From the human T2T-CHM13v2.0 reference genome, Homo sapiens, in assembly GCF_009914755.1 (NCBI RefSeq), contig NC_060925.1: 64,000 nucleotides of DNA; one strand, given 5' to 3'. The notes beneath the pieces were generated by a model. The model had not been told where the DNA came from. It made no database searches and saw only the letters and a list, made by a program, of their open reading frames with translations. Within the stretch, counting starts at the first letter, position 1, and each line of letters opens with the position of its first letter. Shown here one piece after another: positions 37,231 through 53,446 of this stretch. Both the position numbers and the translations under genes were made by a program.

Positions 37231-39737
37231 CCTGGCTTGAGTTTTGAATTTAGGGTCAAGGTGAGCCTCTGGAGTTTTCAGCAGGCTGGATACTCCTCTG
37301 CAGTAGGAAAAGAGAAACGCAAACATGCTGAGAACAAGGGAGGGAGGTCCAGCTATCCCCTGCCTGTACTGGAGCACCTTAGGGTGCTTCAGCACATGTT
37401 TTGTTGACTGGGCAGTCTCCCAACTAGCTCCACCTTCCCACATCTCTCCCCCACCCTTCCTTGTCATCTCTCTGCTTGTCTAGGGCCCCACACTTACACA
37501 GGGGGCTCACAACAAGTGTACTAGGGTGCTGAAGAGGGGCAGGAGGGGGCTCTGCCCATTGGATAATCCCGGTGGGCACTGAGCCAGGATTCAGGGCACA
37601 GACCACCTCTCTTCTGCTGGATGACTGGCGAATAGCCAGCTTCAGTCACTGAGTGGTCCTCATCCTCACACTGCCCAAGGCCCAGGCCCTTGTCTGCTTG
37701 TTCACTCTGCCCAGAATAGTGTCTGACATACAGTAGGCACTCACTGTCCATTTTTGTAATGAGTGGATGGATGGATGAATGAACGGACTGACATATGTCC
37801 CTGTCCCAGGCCCTGGCTGGGCCACAGAGCTCACTCAGCTGTGTGGAGTGAGCCTTGTCATTGGGCACACTTGGTTCCCATGTGGCTCCCTGGCTCTGGA
37901 AACCACTGGAGCTTCTGGGTGCAGCTCAGTATGTGGTCCTCCCTCTGACCTGTCTGTCTCATCCCTTTCTTCACCTTCTTTCAGCCTTTGGAGTCTTTTA
38001 TCCAGTCTAGAGTGCAGGGATGTGGAATCTGTGGGTAGCACTCTCAATGCAAGCTGCATCCAATTTTTTTTTTTTTTGGTCTTAACTTAGAAGAGTATCT
38101 TTTGAACGTAAAAGGCCAACAGTACACACTTTTGTTTCTTTTGTTCCATGCAGGGGTGACCCCAGTGTCACTGTGTATGGTGGAGCAGGCTATGAATGGC
38201 ACCCCCGTGTTGTGTAATGTAGCAGGCTCAAGACTGATGGCCTTACTTCCAAGGCTGGGAAAGACCCTTGGGGAGCAAGTAAAGTCGTTTGGTGAGAGTT
38301 GGTGGGAGAAAGAGTGGCCTATTAATTAATAACTCAGAATGTCATAAGGCCACATCAGCTATTGAGCTAGGGACTCCAACCTAAGGCTCCTGACAACCCA
38401 GGACTTCCAGGCCCTCATAGTTGCCTTTCTGAATTCCCCAGAGAGCATTCTTAGCAAATTTGACCATTTGCTTCTGAAGTTAGAATTGTCAGGGCTTTCT
38501 GAACGTGGCTGGATGCATCTTGCCCTGTCCCCTGGGCCCTTGTCTTTCCCAGATCCAGTGTGAGGCCCATGTAGGGCTCGGCTGTGACCTACCATCCCGG
38601 TCTGAAGGCCACTGTTAGGCCTGTCTCTTCTGTTCAGAGGTTTTTGAGCCAGGAGAGGATCCTAGGTCTCTAGAGAGAGAAAAAAAGTCCAGGCCTGCCT
38701 GTGGGCCAGAGTCCTGAGTATGCTTCAAGGCTGACCCCAAATTCCGCCGGGTGGAATAGAGGTGCTTGCGTTTCTGGCTCTGGTTCCTCAGCTTGGCAGC
38801 TGCCATGGGCATCTGGCACAGAGAAGACAGAAGCCAGCATGGCCAGCACACCAGGGCAGCCCTCCCAGCCCTGGAAGCAAAGGGTTAACAGGCTAGGGAA
38901 GGAGGGAGCAGCAGTCCTTTGGCTAAGGAGCCTTGTTAATTGATTCCCTCATTCCCATTTGTTCCTGCTAAAGAGAGACAGATGAGACGGAGCCCGCCAG
39001 GCCCGTCTTGGCACCCGGCAGCTTGGCTGGGCACAGCTGTGCTCATGGCTCTGGTGTCTCTGTGGGGGAGGGGCCGGTCGTAGCGGAGGTGAGGAAGTGG
39101 GGCAGTCCCATCGCAGACCCCCCGTGCCCCTCTGCTCACTTCCCTACAGGCAGAGATGATTTCAGAGCTCTTTGGAGAGGACAGATCTTCTACTTCACCT
39201 TGTGGCACCTCTTTGATCTTTCTGCCTGCGCTGTCACCACCATGGGCTGGGAGCCCAGCAGCCAACACCGGAGGCAGCTCCCTCACCATGGGCTCCTGGT
39301 GGGACCCTGCCAGCCTGAGGCCCAGGCAAGGTTTCTGCCTGGAAGAGGGTCAGCTCTGGTCCATGAAGTTTAGTTCTGTGCCTTGGTGAGGCAGGCTGAG
39401 GTCTGTGTCACTGAACCTCGCCATGGCTGCAGGCTCTGTCTGAGCCCCCGGGTCCTGACCTGCTTTAGACCCAACTTTTTATCTGTTCCTGCCTCGTCTT
39501 CATCTCAGCCAAACTCGCTGATGCCTATAAAATTGGGTTGTTTTGGATTGTGACAGACGAGAGCCTGCCAGCTTCCCCTAAGAGAATGAAGTCTGAATGT
39601 CACCATGTAGTCAAGCCTGAGACCCTGGGGTTCACATGTCTGCCATGCTCTACCTGCATAACTTGGTCAGGCCATTTTTACCTCCGTGAGGCTTGATTTT
39701 TCTCACAGGGAAAATGGCAGTGATATTAGTACCTATC

Positions 39738-40226
39738 AGTGGTAGATTGCAAAAGTCGCCACAATTCCCCATCCCTCCCTGAGTGCGCCTCATGGCAGTA
39801 AAATTTGGCAACTTCTCTCATTGCCTTGAATCTAGGATGATCTTGGACTTACTTTGGCCAACAGAATGTGGTGGAAGTGACAGAGCCAGTTCTGAGCCCA
39901 AGCCTAAAGAGGCCTTGTATGCTTTCCTCCATTCTGTTGGAGCCCTGCCCAGCTGCTGTGTGAACAAGCATGGGCTATCCTGCTGGATGAAGAGAAATGT
40001 ACGGCTCAGTCACCCTCAGCATGCAGATGTCAGCCAGCCAACCCCCAGAAGCAGAGCCACTTAACTGACTAGCAGCTGACTGCAGATGCATGAGTGAGCC
40101 CAGCAAAGGCCGGAAGAAGAGCTCAGCTGAATTTCCAAACCACAGAATCATGAGCTTAATAAGCAGTGGTTGTTTTAGCTATAAACATTGGGGTAATTTG
40201 TTATGCAGCAAAAGCTAACTGATACA
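39738..40226 (+). mobile_element. MLT1 (ERVL-MaLR) solo LTR inserted into a MIR
   Basis: ttggccaacagaatgtggtggaagtgac...ccacagaatcatgagc...ttggggtaatttgttatgcagcaaaagctaactgataca. MIR halves flank it (~39590-39735, ~40230-40340). Confidence 0.85.
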
Positions 40227-40514
40227 CTATCACTAATCACTGTCGTGTGGATTAAATGAGAAAATATAGTAAAGGACTTAGCAAAGTGCCTGGTACAGAA
40301 CAGATGATCAGATAATAGAGCTTCTATTACTGTTGCCCAGGGTAGAGTCATTGACCACATATTAAAGCCTCTTGTATTTGAGATTGTTCTCTCATTGGCA
40401 CTCAGAAGTTAAGAGACCTATCCCCTCCATACACTTTTGTAGCAGTGATGAAAATAACAGATAACATTACTGAGCACTTACTAAGTTCCTGGCTCTCAGG
40501 CTTTGTAGCAGGTG

Positions 40515-40844
<330 letters not shown>

Positions 40845-40944
40845 TGTAGCAGGTGTTTTAGATACATTTTCTCTTCTAATCTTCACTCAACCTTAAGAGA
40901 CAGGCAATCATATTTATATGTTATTTCATTTTGCACACCCATCA

Positions 40945-41081
40945 TTTTATTTTTTATTTTTTGTAGAGATGGGGTCTCACTGTGTTGTCCGGGCTGGTCT
41001 CAAACTCCTAGGGTCAAGCGATTCTCCCACGTTCGTCTCTCAAAGTGCTGGGATTACAGGTGTGAGCCATCATGCCCGGGC
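40945..41081 (-). mobile_element. FLAM/Alu left monomer
   Basis: Single monomer tttgtagagatggggtctc...gagccatcatgcccgggc. Confidence 0.8.
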
Positions 41082-42518
41082 AACTCATCACTTTAAACCC
41101 AAGCAAATGGAGGCTTGGAGATGTGAAATCTAACTTGCCCAAAGTTATACAGCTAGTGAGCCTAGCAAGACCCTTTCACTCTTCCGAAAGCAATGGACTA
41201 TCCTTTACTTTTGTATGCTTTGACAATTCAACTCCAATCAGCAGGCATATCCTGGTAACCCCAGGCTCTGGGCATATCGGAGTCATCCTCACACTTTCAC
41301 CAGATGTTATAGTTAAGCTCAGTTAGATCCCCACCCCACACCCCACCACCCCACCATCCCACCATCTCACCACCCCACCACCCCACACCTGGACGCTGCT
41401 GAAGCTATATTCTTTTCTCTGTCAAGACAATGCGTTTAATCCTCTGTTCTCACTGGATGCCTTTTGGGGGTCACAAACTCTTCTCTGGCTGCCCCTCCTG
41501 GACCTCCAAATGACAAGTTACTGAGTTTTCCACCCTTCTGCAAACTTTTCCTTGTTCTCATGGTTTTGTTCCATCTCTCTAGTCAGAACTTCAGCTGACA
41601 CTCAAGGCGTATAAGGAACACTAGGGACATTATCTGCTCAGCACCCTTCCCTTCTCTTGGGAATCACAGCCCATCCCAGCCCCCTCCAGCCCTGTGGTCA
41701 TAGTGTGAGCTGCCAGGCTCTTATAGGAACCCCACTCCTGGCCACAGCTGATTGGCCCAAGAGGGGCACATGGTTGAAGCCCCGCCAATTAAAGTTCTCC
41801 AAGTTTTTGGACTGGAAATGCAAGAGAATGTCTTTCTTTTATATCCTATAATCATATACAAATTGAGAGGATGCCATTATGAATTTTTCCATATTTCCTT
41901 TTTCCTGTTTCAAAAGAATTTCATTGCTTTTGTGTGTGAATAGTTTTTAGATTAGTACATCTTTCTTTTTTAATGTATGGATTTCTGGGGTAGTCTTTTC
42001 CCTCTTCACAAACTATACATTATCACATTTCTTCACATTTTTAGGCCAAAGGTGGCCAGGTCGGCCCTATTGAAGAGAAAAAGTTTAAGATAAAATTTGA
42101 TTCTGATTTTCAAAAAAATCTAAGGGACTGTGGCCATGTGTCCTGGCTTGGGGAAGAAGCGGGTCTGCAGCTGGGAAGGATGAACTGGCATTGGAGAGAC
42201 TCTAGAGGAGCTGCTCTCTGGGCCATTCCTGTGGGTTAGTTCCATGGATTCTGTGAGCCAGTAAATCCCTCTTCGTGCCTATGGGAGGCTGAGTAGTGTT
42301 TCTGTCACTTAAAAACCAGAGTTCTGATCGGGTTCCCTGCCATATAGCCTTTCCATACATTTCTTCCAGAGTGGCCAGGGCAACCCTCCAGAGAGTGAAG
42401 GCAAAGGGCAGCCAATGAATGTTCCTCCCCTGGAGAGAGAAGTCCCATAGGCTAAAGTCCCATCTTTAAAGATGATTCACAAATCACTCCTGTTTCCCAA
42501 TCTTAGAAGTAGGCACCA

Positions 42519-43600
<1,082 letters not shown>

Positions 43601-46600
43601 AAACCAGGCAGGGAGGCAAATTATCCCCATTCCACAGAACAGAAAGTTGGGGCTGGCACAGAACCAACAAATAGCAGCAAGGGGTCTGAAGCCCGGGTGT
43701 GTGTGAGGAGAGAGCCTCTGTGCTTTCCAGAACAGCCAGCATTTGTGTCACGTTTGAATTTACAAAGCAAGCCCATGCCCGTTATTTTAATTGATGTTTC
43801 CCACTCAGTTCATTCTCCCAATCTTATAAATGAGGAAATGGGAGCTTGGAGGGGACTCATGCATGGCTGGTCCAAGGGGCTCTGCCTTCAGTGGGAACTT
43901 CTGGGGTCTCACAGGTTTCTGGTGCCCCTAAGCCTGTCATGATTGGAGGGACTCAGCCGAACTCCCCCTGCCCAACCAGGATCCCTGCCTACAGGGCACC
44001 ACCTCCCTCTACCCCTGTGCAGCCCGCCTGCCTGTGTCTGTCACATCAAGTTCAAGTGATTCATGTGGCAGCAGCTCCTGGTCTGCCTGTCGGCACGTCA
44101 GCTAGTCCTGGTTACCATGACAACAGGATGCGAGGCACCAGGGCATCAGTGGGCTGTGGCTCTCTGAGGGGCAGTGCCATAGGCGAGGGAGGGGGCTTGT
44201 TTCTTCCTCCTGTGGGAAGCTTGGCAAGGGCTGCAGCCGCTGGGGGCTGGGTGGCCCCTCCCTGCCTCCGTGCCTTGGCATTTCCTTCCTGCCATCTGTG
44301 CTGGGAGCTGGGGGAGGGGCTGGAGTGCCGTCCCTGGTGGGAGGGGTCTGGGAGCAGATGGGTAGGAAGAGCAGCCCTTCCCATCTAGGCTACGCCCCCA
44401 CCCCGGTTCCAAAGACTCTCCCAGGGCCCTCAGCACACCACAGCCTTTCTTTCCTTGGCATAAATGGGAAGTTCAAGACCCAGTGCAGTCAGAAAATTGG
44501 TCTCTGGTCTTGGAACAGAGCCTAGTGAGGGAGGAGGGGCTCTTCGCGGGAGGGTCCTGAGGGAGCTAACCTGCTCTGTGCCAGAGCCTGGCTGGGACCT
44601 TCTCTCAGTCAGTCTTCCCAGCAGCCCTGTGGCTGAGTGTCACCATATCCCATTTACAGAGGGGAGACTGTGCTTCAGAAATGACAGCTGGAAAGTGGCA
44701 GCACAAGGATTCAAACCCAGGTCCACCTGGCTCCCAACCTTGTTCTTGCTGGAACCCTTGCTGCTGCCTTAGAGAGGGAGGGACTCCTCCCTGCTCAGCC
44801 CCTCCATCTAGTCAGCCCACCCCTACCAGAGAGGTGAAGGCTGGGGGCGAGCCCCTGGAAGGAGCGCTGCTCTGCGATTCTGGTGCCTGGGTTTGGGTCA
44901 CAGTTCTAGAGCAGGCTGTGAGACCCTGGCGGGTCTCGGCCCTGCTCCAGGCCACATTCCCTTGCCCAGGAACTTTGAGATGGCTGGAGGGGAGGTGAGG
45001 TGTTGCTCAACAGTGCATATGGGGCTATTGTCCTGTCCCAGGGAGAGGGCTGGGGCTGGGCCTAGGATAGGTGACAGGGACCGGGATGTGGCCAAAGAAG
45101 GAGTCTGAGTTAGCAGGAAGAGCAGTGGTTTGCATTCACAACGGGACGTCCGAATGGAACACTGCTCATTTGGAATTGCCTCTGAGAGTCATTGGTGCCC
45201 CAAACCCCCATGTTCTAAAGTGAGAGGCGGATCTCTTCAGGCCTCGCAAGACTGATGACCTCAAGCTGGTGTGGCCCATGGCACACACTTCTATGCTACC
45301 TTAAGGTAGGCGAGAGTGACAAGTGTGGGGAGGGGAAAGACAACAAGGATTCCTTGGTCAGTATGCTCTACCTGGGGAGGGGTGGGGTGTGCCCCCCTAA
45401 CTACTCCCACCTTAATTTGGGTGAGGGGTGGTGCTTCAGGAGAAACACTGGCAAAAGCTGACAGAAGTGTTCCCTAGAATTTGCCCCTGGCTTGAAAAGA
45501 GTCTAGATGGGGGTGGTGGCTTGGAGCCCAGACTCCACCAAGCCCAGGTTCTTCCACGGGTCAGAGTATCCGTGGGTCAGAGTGGACGAGGCACACTGCA
45601 CAGAAGGTTCTACCTGCCTTGCGAGGTGACTTCTTGGAGTCTGAGTGGAGAGAACCCCAGAAACAGGAGCTGGGGCAGGAACAGTGGGGTGATCTCTGCT
45701 GCAGACCCATTGCCCACGTCAGGGAAATGCCGGTTGAGAATCTCAGTGAGGGGCTCTGCAGAGGTCCCACAAGGAGTGCTCTGCAGAGAGGACCCCTAAG
45801 CCCTAAGCTTCCTGGAGGACCAGGCCTCCCAGCCCCATCACCTCAGCTTTCTCAGCCGTAGCCAGGCCTGGGCTAGAGAGAGGAAGGACTCTTTAGATTG
45901 AATGAGACATTGAAGTTTTGATGCTAGATGAGATTGGAAATTCTAACTCATCAAAATGAAATTGACAGTGCCTGAGAGTGCCCAGAAAAATGATGGGATC
46001 TGCCCCAGGAGCAGGACCCACAAGAGCAAGCTGTGAAGAAGCATCTTGGGCGGTGCTGAGGAAGAATCAAGGGTCTTTCCCATCTGGCCCTATTAGGGCC
46101 AGCCATTCCCGTAAGCTGGTCCCTTCGGTGGGTGTCCTGAAGAGGTGGCGATTTAACCCCTTTCCAGGCCCCTCGCCCTCCCGCTACTCCTCGCCTGTTT
46201 CCTCCCAGGACTGAGCCTAAACTAGGAGGGATCCTGGGGTGGCTGCCTCTCCCCTTCCACTGCCCCCCACAGGGCTCCTTTCGGCTCCCTCCCTGCTCCT
46301 CCATCCAGCCCCCAAATCCCCCAGCCACTCCTCCACTGGCCCTAGGTGGCTCTCCCTTTTTCCTCTTCTCCCCCTGCCCACTCTAGAGCTGATTTTGGCT
46401 TCTTGGACCTGAGTTCACCTTCGAAGTTGGGGCAGGCTGGGTCCCGTATTCACAAATGGACCAATATATCTAATGGTCCAATAGCCTCTGTTACAGATAG
46501 GGAGATTGAGGCCCAGGAAAGCAAGTGAACTTCCTAAGGCGATGCTGCAGCTATACTCCTGGCAGAGGCGGGTTAGAATCTAGGCCTTCAGCTCTTCTCC

Positions 46601-47929
46601 TGGGCTCAGCGGAGTATCTGGGGCTCCCTGGGAGAGATGGCTGGGCCAAGTCTTGGACAGATCCCACTCGCCACCCCTCCCTGCCTTGCAAAAGCACATC
46701 CAGAAAAATCATAGAGGACAGAGGGCTAGAAAGATCCCTTCCCAGGGGGCCTCAGGCTCCGTCGGCATTGGCAGAGATGTCAGCACCTGGCAGTCACCTA
46801 CGCCCCATGCCCAGCCCTGAGGTTCAGTGGGCCACTGAGACCCTTGGGGAGCTGGCTGTCAGAGCAGCTTCTGCCAAGGGCTTCCGCAGTGCCTACTGCT
46901 GTGGACTCCAACCAGGTGGGGTTTAAAAGCACAATTCCTGGAGTTAGATCTGAGTTCAAGTCCTGTCTCTACTGGTTAGAGTTGTACCTCCGTGGGCAAA
47001 TCATGCCACCTCTCTGAGCCCTGTTGTCTCACAGAAAGGAACAAGGCACTGGGATTCAGTAGTGAGGATAATGAACTGATGCACCCCAGGCAAGTATCCC
47101 AATGTCTGGCTTTCCAGGCATCTTCTAGTCCCCTGAAAGAGCTCTGTCATGGCAGACTTTCCTTGTGAACAGTATGGTGGAGATCCAGGGTTGTGGCTCC
47201 ATCCATCCTTCTCATGTTCACCCTGCATGGAGCCCCCAGGGTCAACCCATCTATTTTAAAACTTCTTTTCCTCCCTCTGTCCCACCATTTCCATCCATTT
47301 TATCCCCCTCTCCCTTTTTCAGAAATGACATAATTAGAGGGGTTTAATGTTCTGCTGCTGAAATCTTCATTTTCTTGGGTAATTTCCACTATTTCATCAA
47401 GGAATAATTAATTGCATTGTCTTTAATCAATTGTTTGACAAATCCAGCAGCGGGAGGAATTCTCCCACCATCCCCGCAGCTGCTCTCCCCTCCTGGGTGA
47501 GGCGCCAGCTCATGCCAACAGGAGCGCTTGGCTGCCAGCGCTGGGGTGGGTGAGTGTAGAGGAGGGGCCCCCAGTTTCCCCAGCCTCCTGTGGGGGAGGA
47601 GAGCCCAGGCAGCCAGGAATCCACCCAGCAGCCACACGGGGAGCACCCAGCTGAGCTCAACTGTGAGCTCGGCCTCCTCAAAGCCCAGTCAGGTCGGCGG
47701 CGGTGGGGGGTGGGGGGATAGATCCCATTTAGCAGATGCAGAAGCTGAGGCTTGAGGAGGATCACAGGGACTGAGAGATGGAGAGGGACTCAGGTCTCTC
47801 GGGCTCTGAGACGCAAGACAGGGAAGATAAGATCCAAAACTGAATCTTAGAGATGGAGGCTGGTTACCAGTAACTGGTAACCGGGAGAGGGGAAAGAGGA
47901 GAAGGGAAGGACGTCCCCAGGCAGAGGGG

Positions 47930-48120
47930 GAAAGTGATAGTAGTAATAGCGAATGTTTTTATGGTACTCATGAAATGGCAGGTCCTGTTCTAAGTATTTT
48001 ATCATCTCAATAACCCTGGGAGGTGGCCCCTCTTATAACCCCCGACTTACAGGTGAGGAAGCTGAGGCTCACAGAGGTTAAGTGATGTGCCCAAGGTCAC
48101 ACAACTAGTGAGGGGCGTAG
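47930..48120 (-). mobile_element. MIR
   Basis: acaggtgaggaagctgaggctcacagaggttaagtgatgtgcccaaggtcacacaactagt. Confidence 0.85.
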
Positions 48121-48129
48121 CAGTTGTGC

Positions 48130-49015
48130 ATTTATTCACGAACAGTGCTGCTTCCCCCAGCCACCCTGTGACAACAGACGAATCCTATTTCACTCGTGGA
48201 AAGCCCAGCCCCACTGTGGCCAACCACGTGCCCTCATGATCTCCCCTTCAAATGCCTCTTTCTCCTGTCCTTCCCACTGGCCCATTGCTCCAGCCTACTG
48301 ATCTCCTTACTCTCCGCCCGCCCCAGGGCACTTGCTCCTCCTTCCAGGCTCTTCTTACAGGATTGCTCCCTGACTTTATTTACATATCTGCTCCAATGTC
48401 ACCTTCCCAGGGGGACTCAGCCAGGCCCTCATCTCAATAAGTATCAGCCCTCCCTCTCCTTACGCTATTTTATTTGTCTTCCTGGTACTGATTCATGAAT
48501 CTATCCATGGTGGGCGTTAGTGCTTTCTGCCAAATACGTCCTGCTCCCTATCTTCTGGGTATGAGTAGGACTGTACTTTCCCTCCCCTCAGAGATGAGTG
48601 TGACTTGTGATGGAAAGTGAAATAGGACAGACGTGTCCTGTATCATTTCCAGGGCTTCGGATGGGGCTTTTGGAACGATTGGGCCATTTGCCTTGTTCCC
48701 TGTTGTGGAAGTTGGGGATGGAGCCTCCTTCAGCCTGGGCCCTTAAATGAAGACAACATAGAGCAGACTCCCCTGCGGGGAACCCCCAAAGGGCATGCAA
48801 TGTGAGCGAGAAACAATTTTTCATGGCTTTACACCACTGATCAAAAACATTGCCCATCTGACTGATCCATTACTTAATACATTCTCATTCATTTTTCTTT
48901 CTCCGTGAGAACAGGGGCTTTGCTGTGTTAGCCACCCTATCCCCAGTTCCTAGAGCATGGCCTGGCATGCAGTAGGTGACCAGTAGATATTTGTTGAATG
49001 AATGAATGAATGAAG
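48130..49015 (+). mobile_element. L2 3' end interrupted by an MLT1 LTR (~48507-48870)
   Basis: L2 tail cctggcatgcagtagg...atttgttgaatgaatgaatgaa. Inner MaLR-like gatggagcctccttcagcctggg...tgtgagcgagaaacaattt. Confidence 0.7.
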
Positions 49016-50594
49016 ATCATGTTCTCTTGTGCAGGACTTTGGCATTTACCAAGTTCCTACATCTATATTACTTTATCTTCCCTCCAGCACCATGATGTAA
49101 GAAATACTTCCATTTTATAGATTCTGGAGCTGAAACCCAGAGGGGTTAGTTGAGCTGTTCCTTGACATGCAGCTAATAGTGGAGGGACTTGAATCCACAT
49201 GTCTTAGTTCACTGCTCCCCCTCCTGCCCCCATCCGTAAGGGGCCTGAGCTATTCCTGCATCCCCACCCGTACAGTGGTACTCTTCCCTTTTTCCCTTAC
49301 ACCAGGCATTTGGCCTCTGGTGGGAGTGTGTGGGAAGGGGTGTTTCCTTCATGTAGAACCCATAGGTCCAGAGTCTACCCCTTTCTCCTCCCTTGTGGAG
49401 TTACCTGCCCATGCATGGGGTCACCTGCCTGTAGGATTGCTCTGTTGATGAACATTTCACCCAATTGAACAACCCCTTCCCTTCCATCTCTTATCCCTGC
49501 ACCTCTCATACCTGGAGTACAGCAGAGAATGGGAGGGTATGCAGAGCCCCTGCGCTCACGCCACGCTCCCCATGGGAAAGGCACTCCCAGATCTAAGTCC
49601 GGAATCATAACCCTTCCTTTCCACATGGCTCCATGAACTCGGTTATCTGGTGTTCCTGCCTCCAGTGGGTCAGGAATAATAATTAGAAGGATAAAGTGGG
49701 AACAAACACATGGGTACAGTGACAAGCTGAGACAGGAAGATCATAAAAACACGGAAAGACTGGAAGAACACGGACTTTGGGGCCATTTACTGCAGGGGCA
49801 AGGCAAGGGCTCTAAGCTCTTCAGTAAAGCAGGAAGCATCATTTACTGTAGCCCAGACATTAATTAAAGATCATCCCACAAGCTGCTTTCCTGGGAAGTT
49901 ACTTGATCTCTGTAGCCTTGAGATCCCTCCACTACTGGATGATCTCTAAGGCTCCTTCACAAAAGCTCGGCATCTGTATTGACACAAATCATACAATCAG
50001 ACAAGGTTAAGTCATGTCCCATGTACTGTTTTAAAAAAGCAGGGGAGTCTATAATACCTTTTAGCAATATATCCATTCAAAGTGGATTTTAAATGCATTG
50101 ACTTTAAAGGTCAACCTAAAGGTCTTCCATTTTAAGAACTTGTATGGGCTTTGTATACTGGCCACTGAGCAAAGCACTGGCGATACAGAGAAAGACATAT
50201 CCTGCTTTCGAGCTGTCAGTCTAGTGGGGTGCAAGGCATATAAACCGATCAGTGCAATCCAACAAGATGCAGTGGGGCCAAGAGAGATACTAGAGCTTTG
50301 TGGTGGATCAGAATGGCTGGGTCTTGACATATTGGTAGGAGTTTTCTGGGCAAAGAAGGGGAAGAATATTCAGATACAGAGAACAGTGTGAGCAAAGGCA
50401 CAGAGGCATGAAAATCTCTTGTGTTCAGAAATTAGAGGTGGTTCAGTCTTAGTGGGATATTAGAGTTGAGACAAACAAAAACTAGAGATCAGGCTGGAGA
50501 GGTAACTGGGGGCAATGATAAAAGGTCTTAAATGCCAGTCCAAGGGGTTTGGACCTTATTCTGTAGGCAACAAGGGAGCCATGGAAGGCTCTAG

Positions 50595-50946
<352 letters not shown>

Positions 50947-50999
50947 GGATCTATAGTTTAGAAAGTCCTCCCTCCAGCAGTCAGTGTGGAAGATGGATG

Positions 51000-51370
51000 G
51001 AGAAAAGATATTGGCTTGGGACTGCAGTCATCTGCAGGTTCACCTGGGTGAAAGCATCTGCTTCTAAGATGACTCATCACACACCTGCAGGCTGGAGCAG
51101 CTTGCTGGCAAGAAGCCTCATTTCCTTTCCACTGGGCTGCTTGAGTCTCCTCACAACATGGCAGCTGGCTTCCCCCAGAGAAAGTGATTTAAGAATGAGT
51201 GAGACGGAAGCCTCACTGTCCTTTTGCGACCTAGCCTAGGAAGCCACACTCTGTCACTTTCATAATATCCCATTGTGTACAAAGATCAGCTCTGTTCAAT
51301 GACTACACAGGGATGCAACTACCAGGTGATGACAAGCACCGGGGACTTCTTGGAAGCTGCTACTACAGAC
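51000..51370 (-). mobile_element. MLT1 LTR fragment
   Basis: ctgcagtcatctg...gggctgcttgagtctcctcacaacatggcagctggcttccccc...ttggaagctgctactaca. Confidence 0.75.
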
Positions 51371-51554
51371 AGAGGTCATCTTCTTCAACTCCTTTGTTTT
51401 TTGGATGAGGAAGCCGAGACCCAGAGATGGGTGGGGACTCACTCAGGGGCACGTAGCAAGTTTGGGCCATGACCAGGGCTACATGGTGGAGTCTACATAG
51501 GCCTGGGGGACTGGGATCTTCTTTCCTGGAAGGCCTAGAAAGAGGAGAGGCCCA

Positions 51555-51898
<344 letters not shown>

Positions 51899-52109
51899 TC
51901 AGCCCCTGCTCACTTGGGAGGCTGAGGGACTGGCCAACCTCTCTGAGAGCTGGCTGGGGAGTGGGACCTCCTCCCTAGCCTGTCCCTGGAGTATAAGCAC
52001 CAAGCCAGGGCTGCTTCCGCCTGACCTGGGCAGCATCTCCCACCCTCCCCACCATGCAGCTCTTTGGCTGTGCAGGTGTGGAGGAGGCACATCTTGCTGG
52101 TTCATCTCT

Positions 52110-52560
52110 CCACTCTTTATTTATTCAACAAGGTTTTACCAAAAATCTCCTATGTGTCTGGCATCTCCAGGACCAATGTTGGACATACATGTCCCTTGAC
52201 TTCATGCATGAAACTTACCATCAAGTGGGGTAGACCAACAAAGACATAAAGACATATGTTTGTACAAATTGTGAAACGTGCCTGTAGGAGAATAACAAAA
52301 ACACTTCATTTAGATGAGGTAGTTGGGGAATGTTCTCTGAGGCAGTGACATTTAGGTCTAGACCTGAAGAAGTCAGGCAGACAAAGAGTTTGGGTGACAG
52401 GGTGGGAAGGGTGTTCCAAGCACAGGGACCCCAGTGTGCAGAGTTGGCTAGGAGGGGTGAGTTGGGGCAGTGGACCTTCAGGGGTGCCCTGAGCGAGTTG
52501 GAGCAGGGCGAAGGGGCTGATGTGGAGAGGCCAGGGCCAGTCTGGGCTTGCCCTGCCACC
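52110..52560 (-). mobile_element. L2 3' fragment
   Basis: tttatttattcaacaa...tctctgaggcagtgacatttaggtctagacctgaag. Confidence 0.7.
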
Positions 52561-53446
52561 AGGCCAAGCTCAGTCTGCCTGCTGCATAGCAAGTGACCCC
52601 ACGTGGCTCTGGAAAGGAAAACATGGGGAGTGGCATGCAGGCTGGACTGTCACCGAGATGGCCCTGAGCAGGACCCTTGGCCCTACAGGATGAACAGGCA
52701 GACCTTGCAAAGGACAGAGATAAGGCAGGTCTTTCAGCAGGCTGCTGCCAGGAAACTCGGGTGTGGGTGGAGGCAGGGGGCATGGAAAGGGGACTGCATG
52801 GGAATTTGGGGCCCCAGAGCTCTGGTGGAGAGGAGACCCCAAAATGTCAGAGCCCTAGGATCATGAGCCTCCCCTGGGGAGCATCCCAATGCATTTCTTG
52901 TTCCCTGTGGCCTCAGGTGTGGGTGACGCCTGAGCTAAGCCAACTCTGGCACTGTCCTGCTGTGTGACCTCAAGGAAGCCTCTCTCCCTCTGAGCCTCAG
53001 TGCCCTTCACTGTCAAAAGGGCATTAAAATCCCCTTGCAGAAAGTTGTCAGGATCAAAAGATATAATGGATAGGAAAGGGTCTTAGTGGTTGAGAAGTGA
53101 CCCTCCCAACCCCCACGAGGCTGCTGGGTTCATCGTTGCTAATGAACTGGTTGGGGGCTGGCTTGGACGCCCATTAGCCACTGCTCTGCCTCGGTGCCCC
53201 AGGCCAGCTGAGAGCAGGCAGGGGCTGCTCCCACCAGGGGGCTGTGGGGTTAAGTGGGAGCTAAGAGGATTAGAGGGTCCTTGTGAGTGGTGCAGCGTGA
53301 TCATCTCCCACTCACCCTTGCCTCCAGCCTGGGCTGTCTACATATCTGGCTGCGGGGCCAAGGAAGAGGGATGGAGGGAGGAGGAGGGAAGGAATCAAAG
53401 GGAAGAGGGATTCAGAGGAGCCAGGGAGATCTGCTGCACCCCCACG

